This document shows, one piece after another, positions 22,450 through 33,235 of a stretch of 64,000 bases of DNA; the stretch's first letter is position 1, and each line of letters starts with the position of its first letter. The DNA comes from Opitutales bacterium (GTDB lineage Bacteria; Verrucomicrobiota; Verrucomicrobiia; Opitutales; UBA2987): NCBI GenBank assembly GCA_965226885.1, contig CBDDEL010000016.1, forward strand, positions 32,001 to 96,000, in the 5' to 3' direction. The position numbers were made by a program, and so were the translations under genes. The notes below the pieces were generated by a model. The model ran no database searches, was not told where the DNA came from, and saw only the letters and a list, made by a program, of their open reading frames with translations.

Positions 22450-24543
22450 ATGAATAAAGCCACACCACTACTCCTGCTTGTTGCATTGCAAACCACGCTA
22501 TTTTCGGCGTTTACGCTCCCATCCCGGAGCAGGAACAAGGAAAGGCGATCGTTTTGAGCCTCGAAGGCGGCTACCATTACGACAGTAACATTCTGGGCAG
22601 CCCCAGTAACGACCCGGACAGACCGGTTCAGGACAGTTCCGTCTTCACCGTTACCCCCGGCATCAAGTACAACGCCTCCATTGAGGAACAAAGCTTTATC
22701 CAGGCCTCCTACCTGCTGAACGCCCTCCTTTATTCGGAACGACCCACCGAGGACAAGCTCTACAACCATTTTTTCAACGTCAGGTTTTCGCACACCTTTA
22801 CGCCCACTCTAATTTTGGAAGTGTCCGACGCTTATTCATTAATCGACAGCCCGGAATCTTCTTTAGATCTTCCTTTTAATGAAGGACAATTGCAGACCAA
22901 TCAGTCCAACAACATTAATCAATTCGATTTCAGTTAATCAATTCGATTTCAGCCTGGCTGCGGAATTGAGCCCAAAAACCAGCATGGTCTTTAAATACCG
23001 CAATTTTAACTTTGCTTACGATGATACCCCAGTAGCGTTTCAATTGGATCGCAATGACAATCTCTTTGGCATCCAGGCAGGCTACAACTGGACTCCGGAA
23101 GCTTCATTGGTCTTCGAATATCGATCCCAGGACCGCGCCTACGCCTTCGACGGTGGTGCGAAGAACAGCGATTCCAGCTTTTTTCTATTCGGGGTGGACT
23201 GCGGGGTGGACGGGGTGGACTGCGGGGTGGACTGGATTCCAAGCCCCACCTTTCAGATAAATGGGCGCCTTGGCGTGGACGACCGTGAACGGGAAATCGG
23301 CGCAGGCGACACCAATTTTTGGTAGTGTATAAAAAAAGAATGTTATTTTGTATTTTTAGCTGTACAAATAGCGTTAGGCAGTTTATTCTTAGTGCATGGT
23401 TACTAAAATTATTAATTGTCGGCACTGTGGAAGTGAAAATATCATTAAATTTGGCAAGACGCCCAACCATAAACAGCGCTACCGCTGCCATGATTGTGGT
23501 AAACAAAGCCGCGAAAACCCCACAGTGAAATACACCGAAGAGCAAAAAGAAATGATCCTTCGAGTCTATCAGGAACGCAGCAGTCTACGCGGTTTACAGC
23601 GCGCCTTCGGGGTGAGTCCCAACACCGTTTTGAGTTGGTTAAAAAAAACGACAATCGCTGCGACCGCTCAAAAGCACGATTCTTGCGGCCCGCCGCCATG
23701 ATGTCATTGAACTGGACGAACTGTGGTCTTTTGTGGGGCGCAAGAGCGATGCCCAATGGGTTTGGATCGCTCTTTGCCGACGCACCCGTCAAATCCTCTC
23801 CTATGCCATTGGGCCTCGGGATTGGTATCGTTGCCGGGAACTTTACGAGCGTCTGCCACGGGCCTACAAAAGATGTGCCACCTACAGCGACTTTTGGAGC
23901 ACTTATGATGAAGTCTTTCCTCATAACCGATCCGTGGGAAAAGAAACCGGTGAAACGGCCCATGTGGAACGATGGAACAATACCCTGCGCCAACGACTGG
24001 GTCGTTTCACACGCAAAACCCTCTCCTTTTCCAAGCTTAAGAGTATGCATGAAACCTGTCTGAGACTTTTCATTCATCAATATAATCAAGAATTAGCCAC
24101 CATTCCTACTTAATACACTACCCAATTTTTATGGCCAGCTAACCGGAATTTACCAGTACCATCCCGATTCGTTTATGGCTTTCAGCATCACTTACGAAAC
24201 GGTCGAAACCTCGGCTCCCGTTGCCTTTTCCGGTGAGGAAACCTTCTCCTTATTGCTCAATGTTCAACATGCCCTCACGAGCAAGATATTCCTGGCCGGT
24301 TCCATTTATTACGATACGGCGGACCTAATTAAACAAAATGCTCTAGCAAATATTAGCGACAATACCGTTCGCCTCGGTTTAAGCGCCATCTACCAGCCTA
24401 CACAAAACTGGTCGATCATCTTCAGCTACGATTTTGACGACACCGATTCGGATGATCCCTCTTTAGCCCCGGGGGCCATTAATTCTCGCACGGAAACCCG
24501 GTCCCGGGTAGGAATCAGCGCCCGTTACACCTTTGGTCTGTAA
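22450..24543 (+). pseudogene. Outer-membrane beta-barrel associated with polysaccharide export, multiply disrupted
   Basis: Signal peptide, YDSN motif, ends ARYTFGL; frameshift near 22502, 19-bp duplication, nested 12/21-bp duplications, IS1. Confidence 0.8.
23321..24122 (+). mobile_element. IS1-family type A copy with 8-bp TSD CAATTTTT
   Basis: TSD at 23313-23320 and 24123-24130. Confidence 0.96.
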
Positions 24544-25993
24544 GCCTGGAAAATATTTTTATCCGGTCGTCCAGTCGACAATCACAAATTTGAACTGGAG
24601 AATCTTGGCGCGGCTAACAGATTTATCCTCGTTCCACCTCAATTGAAGCAATAATTGCTCACCCATGGAATCCAATCTAAAAAAGACGGCTGCCGGCTTT
24701 TCACTCGGCGACTTCCTTAAAGTCCTCAAAACCCGTTGGCCCCTGATTACGCTTTTACTCCTTCTGGTGCTCAGTTCCACAGTTCTTTTTACCTATTTCA
24801 TGCCCAGATGGTACCTGTCCATAGCCGGGATACGGGTGGAAAAAGCTGAAGGGCAAGTTTCAGTTTTCGAACGCCAGAGGACCGGTAGTTTCGATCCCTA
24901 CTTCAACAAAGAGCAGTTCGAGATTATTCAGAGCAAAAAAATACTCCGTCAGGTGATCCGGAATCTCGACCTCGTCAATTATATCAGTCGAGACCTCGGC
25001 GCGCCCATAGACGAGGAATATGCTTACCAGTATATGGTTAAACAAATGCTCCTGGTAGAGTCCCGACCCGGCACCTCCCTTATCGACATCGGCGTGATGG
25101 TTAAAGGAAACCGCGATAAAGCCGCCGAAATTGCCCACGAAATTGCCCGTGTTTATGCCGAAGACCGCATTAAATTCGCTACCTCTGCCCAAACCGAGGG
25201 CATCGTGAGACTCAAGCAGGAACTTTTGCGGCAGGAAGTTTCCGTCTCTCAGGAACGCGACAAGGTGGAAAAATTGCGTCAGGAACTAGGGATCTCCGGA
25301 GTGGACCTAAATGCCCAGACGACACAACTGGATATCGACAACCTGCGGCAACTCGAACGCACCTACATCGCCGTAAAAGTCGATTCCATTGCTCGAAAAA
25401 CCCGCTGGGAGCAATTTAAAGCCGTTCCGGTCGAAGAGCGAATCCGGTTGATCAATTCCGAACTCATTCCAGACGTTAACCTGCAAAACCTCATGCAGGC
25501 CTACATGGTAGCCGAGCAGCAGCATGTCCGCGCCAAAGGGCGCCTGGGCCAAGCCCATCCCGATTTCTTGGCGGTGGAAAATACCCTCAAAAAAATCCAC
25601 GAACAATTGCTGAACCAATTGCTGAACCAGTTGATCGGATTCGAAAAATCCCTCGAAATATCCTATATCGAATCCAGGGCGCGAACCGATGAAATGAAAA
25701 ACCAGCTCAAGCTAGCCCGGGTCGATCAGATTCTGGATGCCCAAAGCAAAATGCGACCCTTTGAGGAAGCCGTGGATCGTTTGAGGGATGAGGAAAACCT
25801 CCTGCAAACCTTTCGATTGACCCTGCGCCAAAGGGAGATCGATTTCCAGGCCCCCAAACGAACCATTGAAATGCTCAACCAAGCGGTACCCTCGCTACGC
25901 CCGCACAAACCAAACTGGCTCCTCAATCTGTTTCTGGCCATCTTTGGAGGAATCCTTCTGGGCGTGGGGGCGGCTTTTATGGTCGAATTTTTC

Positions 25994-26617
25994 GACACCA
26001 GTTTTTGTTCCATCGAAGAGACACCAGTTTTTGTTCCATCGAAGAGACACCAGTTTTTGTTCCATCGAAGAGACACCAGTTTTTGTTCCATCGAAGAGAC
26101 ACCAGTTTTTGTTCCATCGAAGAGACACCAGTTTTTGTTCCATCGAAGAGACACCAGTTTTTGTTCCATCGAAGAGACACCAGTTTTTGTTCCATCGAAG
26201 AGACACCAGTTTTTGTTCCATCGAAGAGACACCAGTTTTTGTTCCATCGAAGAGACACCAGTTTTTGTTCCATCGAAGAGACACCAGTTTTTGTTCCATC
26301 GAAGAGACACCAGTTTTTGTTCCATCGAAGAGACACCAGTTTTTGTTCCATCGAAGAGACACCAGTTTTTGTTCCATCGAAGAGACACCAGTTTTTGTTC
26401 CATCGAAGAGACACCAGTTTTTGTTCCATCGAAGAGACACCAGTTTTTGTTCCATCGAAGAGACACCAGTTTTTGTTCCATCGAAGAGACACCAGTTTTT
26501 GTTCCATCGAAGAGACACCAGTTTTTGTTCCATCGAAGAGACACCAGTTTTTGTTCCATCGAAGAGACACCAGTTTTTGTTCCATCGAAGAGACACCAGT
26601 TTTTGTTCCATCGAAGA
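25994..26617. repeat. Perfect tandem array, 24 x 26 bp GACACCAGTTTTTGTTCCATCGAAGA
   Basis: 624 bp equals 24 units, with no spacers. Confidence 0.97.
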
Positions 26618-27945
26618 TGACGTGTACTGGATTTGTTGGACACGGGATTCTCTTATATTCATTGTTTATTGATTAGTGTGTCAGGCGGCTTGTTTTGGTA
26701 AAGGGTTTTGTTTTCTCGTTGCCCCCCATGGGGGGCAAATATTTTCCTCGAATTGGACTGGGCTTTGGTAACTCAGAGAGGAATGTTTGCGATATCGGTT
26801 GTAGAAGATTTCCACGTATTCGAAGACAGTTGATCGCAGTTCGCGCTCGTCGGCAAAGTGGCGGCCTCGAATCGTGCTGGTCTTGAAGCGGCCGTAGAAC
26901 GATTCCATGGCCGCGTTGTCGTAGCAGTTGCCTTGGGCGCTCATGCTCGGCTTCATGCCTAGTTCAGAGACCAGCCTCTGATAGTCGTCGCTGGCGTAGG
27001 GGCTGCCCCGATCGCTGTGATGAATAATCCCGGTGCGCAGTGTGCCGCGGGTCATGGCCGCGGCTTTGAGGGCCTTGCCAACCAGCTTCGCGTCGTTGTG
27101 GTTGGAAACGCTCCAGCCCAGCAGGCGTCGGCTGAACAGGTCCATCACCGTGGCCAAGTACATCCAACCGGCCAGGGTCCGTAGGTAGGTCGTGTCCGCC
27201 ACCCAGACCTCGTCGATATGGGTCGGCTGGCCATGCTTTTTAAGCACATTGGGGCTGTAACCATAGGGATGGTTACTGTTGGTTTTTAATGGCTTAAAGC
27301 GTTTACTCTGGGTGCTTTTGATTCCCATTTCACGCATCAGACGCAGAGCCCGGTCACGGCCGCAATCGATGCCCTCATCATCCTTCAGATGGCGGTGCAT
27401 TGGCCGATGCCCATAGCGGCCCTTGGCCTCTTTGTGTACCTTCAGGATCGCCCCCTTGATTCCCTCGTCCTCGATCCGCCGGGCCGAGGGCGCTCGGTGC
27501 CTCCAGCAGTAATAGCCACTGCGACAAATCCCCATCGCCGAGCATATTTCCTCGATCTTGAAGCGCCCCTCGTTGTCTTTGACAAACTGGTACTTCATTG
27601 TTCGTCCTTGGCAAAGTAGCCCACCGTTTTTTTTAGTATCTGGTTGATCCGCTCCGAGCGGCGCAGCTCTTTGCGAAGACGATCTATCTCGGCCGCCATC
27701 TCCTTCGGACTGCTCTGTCGCTTTGAGGTGGCTTCGCCCTGCTGATCGTCCAGATAGAGCCTCTTCCACCTATACAATTGGTTGGTGTTGACCCCAAGTT
27801 TGGTCGATACCTCGGTGGCGCTCAGACCATCGAGTATCATCAGTTGAACTGCCTCATTTTTGAACTCTATACTAAAGCGTCTTCTTCCCATGCTTCGATT
27901 CTCCATTTAGGAGAATCTCGTGTCCACTTTTTCCAGTGCACATCA
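26618..27945 (-). mobile_element. IS3-family type a inserted in the array, 3-bp TSD AGA
   Basis: TGACGTGTACTGG / CCAGTGCACATCA ends; orfA 27595-27906; orfB WVADTTY, HSDRGS, DNAAMESF. Confidence 0.96.
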
Positions 27946-27948
27946 AGA

Positions 27949-28000
27949 GACACCAGTTTTTGTTCCATCGAAGAGACACCAGTTTTCGTTCCATCGAAGA
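27949..28000. repeat. Last two units of the 26-bp array (final unit is the C variant)
   Basis: 27949-27974 has TTTTTGTT; 27975-28000 has TTTTCGTT. Confidence 0.95.
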
Positions 28001-28248
28001 TATGGAACGAATACTCCAACTGCCTATTCTGGGAGTTATATCACGCAAACTAATATTGCTCGAGAAAAACAATTTTTCTAGTTTCGAGGCAGAACCCTAC
28101 CGCGTCATCCAGACAAACATGGAATTGGCCCGGGAAGGCAAAAAAGGCGGGGTGCTGGTTGTGCAATCCGCCGGCCCGGGAGAGGGGAAATCAACTACCC
28201 TCTACAACCTGGCTGTAGCCATGGCATTAACCGGCCAAAAAGTGCTAG

Positions 28249-29799
28249 CCCGGAAATTTCATAAAAAAAGTATCGCTGATATACAGCAGGATAGATTAAA
28301 CATTAAAGCAATATCAGCGATGACAAAAAGTAAACAATTAGAACTACAGTTGACAAGGGTAAAAGGCCGCCGTGTGCGGGTTGATTTTAAGGGCGGTGAG
28401 GTTACTTCGGATGCCGGGCTGCTTTTGATCCGGGAAGTGGATCGGCGGTTGGGCTTGACCGAGCAAGCGGCCCGGCAATTAGTAGACAAACGGCAGAAGG
28501 GCAAAGTGCGCCATGAGATGCTGGCCATGATCCGGCAGCGCGTTTACGGGCTGGGGGCGGGCTATGAGGATTTGAACGACTTTGACACCCTGCGCCGCGA
28601 TCCTTTGTTGCAAACGGTAACGGGGCGCACTGAAGCGTTGGCCAGCGCGCCGACTTTGTGTCGTTTTGAAAACGGGCAGGATCGGCGGGCAGCCTTTGCC
28701 CTGAACGAGTTGCTGGTCGAACAGTTCATGGGATCCTTTGCCGAGGAACCCGAAGAGATCATCCTGGACTTTGACGCCACCGACAATCCGGTGCACGGGC
28801 TCCAGGAGGGACGTTTTTTCCACGGTTATTATGATCATTACTGTTTTTTGCCGCTGTATGTTTTTTGCGGCGATCAGCTTCTGGTGGCCTACCTGCGGCC
28901 CAGCAAGATCGATGCGAGCAAGCATGCCGGGGCCATCCTCAAATTGCTGGTTAAACGGATTCGCCAAAGCTGGCCCCATACGCGGATTATTTGGCGTGCC
29001 GACAGCGGATTCTGCCGGGATCGGATTCTCTCGTGGTGCGAGCGCAACGAGGTTTATTTTATAGTGGGAACGGCCCGCCATGCACGCTTGCAGCAAGCGG
29101 CCCGGCAGTTGCAGGAGCAAGCCAAACAATGGTTCGAGGGTAGCGGCAAAAAGCAACGGCTGTTTCAGCACTTCGAGTATGGGGCAAAATCGTGGCGGCG
29201 CCAACGCCTTATCATCCACAAAGCCGAACACACCGCACAGGGGTCCAACCCGCGCTTCGTGGTGACGAACCTGCCGGGCGATCCCCAAGAGCTTTACGAC
29301 AAAGTATACTGTGGCCGCGGTGAGATGGAGAACCGGATCAAGGAACAGATGCAATTGTTCAGCGAACGCACCAGCGCGCATAAATGGTGGGCCAACCAGT
29401 GGCGATTGCTCTTGTCGGGGCTGGCCTACACCTTGATGGAAGCCTTGCGCCGGTTCGCATTAAAAGGGACGAAGTGGGCGCGGCTCCAATGCCACAGTCT
29501 ACGGCTAAAATTAATCAAGATCGGAGCGGTCATCGTGCGCAACACCCGAACGATTCACTTTCATCTAAGTGAAAGTTATCCATGGGCCAGTCTTTTCAAC
29601 CATGCGGCCCGCCGGTTGGTGCCAACCTAAAGGGCGCATTGGCGCTGCCCCCGGCGCTACCGAACCAATGGGGGAAAGGGGGAAGTGTCTCTACACCCTG
29701 AAAAACACCTCAAAATCAAGACGATCCGCCCAAAATACAAAGAAATCCATCTCCAATAGCAATAACGAGCCAAACTTTACCCTTCATGAAATATCCGGG
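28249..29799 (+). mobile_element. IS1380-family element copy 2 (diverged variant; tnp 28320-29630)
   Basis: CCCGGAAATTTC / GAAATATCCGGG ends; CTAG on both sides. Confidence 0.94.
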
Positions 29800-31421
29800 C
29801 TAGGCCGCCGCTTTGGTTTTTAGTTCGTCTTGCTGGGCCAGCATCTTGGCTACTTTCCATAGGTTGTGCGAGAGTACCGACCAGGCTACGCTGATCGAGC
29901 GGTTGGCAAAGCCTTTGCTGCGCAACCGCCCGGCCTGCCAGCGATTCTTCAATACCCCGATCCGCCCTTCGGTGCTGGCCCGGCGCTTTTGCAATTGTCT
30001 GAACAGTGGTTCCTCCATCCGTTTTTTCAACTGCTTCGGATCGCGTGGACAGAGCGCGTCGTAGATTCCCTCCTGGGCTAACTGCCGGCGGGCCCGCTGG
30101 GAGGCAAATCCCCGGTCCGCGCACATGGCCGCTATGGGTTCTTCCAGGTTGAAGCGGTTCTGTCTTTGCAAACTCTCTTGCATTTGTTCATTTTCGCTTG
30201 GAGTTCGGCTGCCGTAGAGTTTCCAGTCCAGCAGGTACCCTTCAACGCTTTCTCCCAAAAAAAGGGTGTTGCCGAACTCGACCTCTTGGCCCGCTTTACC
30301 TCGCACAATCACCTGCCCATCGAGTTCGTAAACACTCAAGACTTTCTCTGCGTTTTTCACCTGGCGGCCGCCAATGATCCGCTCGTGCGCCTGTTTGATG
30401 ACCACCGGGATTTGCTCGCTCATGCGCTCCATCCGGGCGAGGATCTGTTGGACCTGTTTTTCGCTGTAATCGCTTTGCTCCCAGCAGGCTTGCAATAATT
30501 CCCGGTGACTGCGGGCATGCTCCCCGATCCGTTTGAGCAGCTTTTTCATCTGCCTCAAGATACCCTTGCGCTGCCGCGCGCTGTCCTTTCGCCGCCGGCT
30601 GTGGGTCATCTGTATGCACAGCCGATTCATCTGCCGAGCCAAGGGCTCCGGTTCGATCGGCATGCGATGGCGCAAACCGGCCTTCTCGCGGATCAGCCGG
30701 ATCGCTTTGAGCAACGTGCCGGCTACATCCTTGAGTAATACCCAGTCCGTCGGCCAATGAATGTTAGCCTCCAAACAGGTGCCGTCGATCAGGCAAATGG
30801 TGGGGTCAATCGGCTTGTCCAATCCCACCTGCCGGGCCAGAAGGGCATCGGCCACCACCTCAGTCAAGGTCCGGTGCAAGGCCCTCAACTGCTCTTCGCT
30901 GAAAAACTTCGAGGCCCGCTCCAGGGTGCTTTTGGAGATGCCCCTGATGCCATCGATCTGCCGGACACGGCAAAAGTCGGCCAACAGATCGCTGCTGCCC
31001 AGAGCCCGCGACAAATGCCGAAACGAAATCCCTCCGAGCAGACGGCCCAGCGTATCCATGCGCAGTGCCTTGATGGCAAAACTGGCCCGCTGCCGCCGGG
31101 CCTTTAGACCCATTGGCGGCCACCCCTCCAAGGCCAGCTCAATGGCCTGCGATTCAACCTCCGAGTCGATCAGCAGCCGATCGATTCGATCAATGGTGGC
31201 GCGGAAGTTATCGTAATCGAGGCACCGGTCGACCACAGTTAAAGCTGGACGCAGGAGGCATTGGATGGCTATATTTTTCATAGAAAGGGCTATATTGATT
31301 TTCGCTAACTCAATTATAGAACCCTTTTTTGGCCGGATCGAGCAAAAACTTGCTCTTTCCGGCTCTTTTTATCAACGTCATCCAGTTGACTATAAAATCT
31401 TTATATTTTTGGGACAGCCTC
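29800..31421 (-). mobile_element. IS5/ISNCY-like DDE element copy 1, 3' end lost
   Basis: DGTCLEANIHWPTD, EFG, ADRGF, TEGRIG; TTTTGGGACAGCCTC end at 31421. Confidence 0.85.
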
Positions 31422-32813
31422 TAGGTAAAACCAGGGGAAGGTCTTTCCTTCTGTTGGAGGTTTCCACAGCACTGATTCCTTTTGTATCGAAAAATCTTCT
31501 TACTCACCCCGTATCAGGTGCGAGTCGCAGTCGCTCTACTCGCTTCAGCATGGTTCGAAACATTTCTCTTGGGATGGCCACCTCAGCCATCTGGAAAGTG
31601 ATATACTTGGCATGGTGGATCACCTTTGCTCCGATTTTGATGAGTTTCTCCCGTAAAGAGCTCAGCATCCAGTGCTTCACCTTTGGGGGAAGGATCAACC
31701 GGCGCATGAAGTTACCCAGATTGTAGGCTAAGCCGAAGAGTTGAAGCCGAACGGCGTTGTCCTCAAAGTCATGGCAGGACAAGCGGGTCCAGTGGATGGC
31801 ATGTTTGCCCTCTTTGATCCACTGCTCTGCGGTGCTCCGGTGGTTGTAAAATTTCACTACCTTCCTGGGTGGCCAGTTCAGATTTGTCACGATGAAACCG
31901 ACCCGCGCAAATAACTCTCCGGCCTGCCACTCGACCTTGGCCACCACCCGGCGAGCTCTCTGCCAACTGGCGGCTTGATACTAAAAGCTCGCATAAAACA
32001 CCTTGGGTGCCCGCGAGGGTCGCCCTACCGGCCGAGTGAGTAAAGGAGCGATATGTTTTTGTAAAATTGTGTTGCTCTTCAGCCTGATGGCGTAGGAAAA
32101 GTTCTCTTCCTCAAGGTAACTGTAGAGGCCGGGATCGGCGAAGGCGGCGTCACCTCGGAAAAATCGTTTCAGGGGACAGTCACGATAGCGGGCAACGACC
32201 GGGTTGAGCACCGACAACCAATCGTCGGCACTGTGCACATTGCCTTTACGCAGGTTGGCCCGTTCCAGATCACCAGACTGGTTGAAACAGAACAGGGGAT
32301 GGTAGCAGGTGCAGCCAAAATGACCGTTGAAGGCCGAGCCTTCCTGCTTTCGGTAAGTCGGGCTCTCCGAACTATCCATATCGAGAATCAGTTTCTTCAT
32401 CCTCACTCGCCTATTCACCTGATCTATCCATTGACCGCTCATGTCCGTCAGTGCGCTCAGATTCGCAGGCTTGGTTAACATCTGTGTTTCAAAGCGGCTC
32501 ATTTCACTGGGCGAAGCCGCCGGTTGCCAATCGGCACGACCCCCCACAATCTGCCTCATGACCGGATCAAAGCGCAGTCAGTCCCAAAACTTCATCGAGT
32601 TCCCGGTAGAGTAACAATCCTGCATCACTGGGAACCTTCGCACCGTGGAACTCCAACTTGATTCGCCGGTTAAATTGAACCCGAAAACTGCTCTTTTTTG
32701 CGTCATCCATAGGATTGTAATTTGCTCGCTATAAGTATATTTAAGTAACTTATTATTAACCACATAGCGATTATTTCAAGCAAATTTTCTTATGATGAAA
32801 TGGGAAATATGGG
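31422..32813 (-). mobile_element. Degenerate IS1380-family element of a second type (pseudogene)
   Basis: ILDMDSSESPT, RGDAAFA, VGFIVTNL, AEQWIKEGK with internal stops; GGG end followed by TTAA. Confidence 0.85.
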
Positions 32814-32858
32814 TTAAAATCCAATAAACAATAAACCCAAAAAAGAAGGATACGCTCA

Positions 32859-32976
32859 TGAATGAAACAAGCATTGAACAAGACCTCAGTCCAGTCTTCA
32901 TTCATGTAAAACCAATCCGCTGGAGAAAATTATCCGGCAAGGCGCCTGTCGGTTGCTGCAAATAGCTTTGGATGCG
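32859..32976 (+). pseudogene. Possible IS256-like transposase N-terminal relic
   Basis: Reads NPLEKIIRQGACRLLQIALDA. Confidence 0.3.
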
Positions 32977-33235
32977 TGGAGCAATAAGGACTCGATGTTC
33001 ATATTTCATATTTGCCTCTTGGGCAAAAATTTACTTTCAAGGAGATGCGAAAACACGTAGCAGGGTAAGAGGTTTTTGCAATTTTATCGACAAGTGGGGG
33101 GGTTTTCTTATGCTTGAGGGCTGAGAGTTGAGGGTTTCCGGCAGGGATCGGGAGCTTTCATTTATTGAGTTGGGGAATGTCGTTTTTCTATCTATCTTAA
33201 ATAATGACGGTCTTGTTCCGTTATAGTATGGAGGA

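Larger units (their letters stand above)
24665..28248 (+). pseudogene. wzc: Wzc/GumC-type polysaccharide co-polymerase / tyrosine autokinase, disrupted and truncated
   Basis: TM-coiled coil-TM (KPNWLLNL), DTSFRSIED..ILQLPILGVI, EPYRVI.TN, Walker A GPGEGKST; nothing of it follows IS1380. Confidence 0.9.

Noticed and set aside
25726..26676. Repeat-protein ORFs in all six frames
   Set aside because: They follow from a stop-free 26-bp unit and are not independent genes.
25994..28000. CRISPR array
   Set aside because: Units are contiguous with no spacers, derive from wzc coding sequence, and no cas genes are in the window.
27936..29630. Kinase-transposase fusion protein (564 aa)
   Set aside because: Chance in-frame read-through from the wzc remnant into IS1380; the transposase has its own ATG at 28320.
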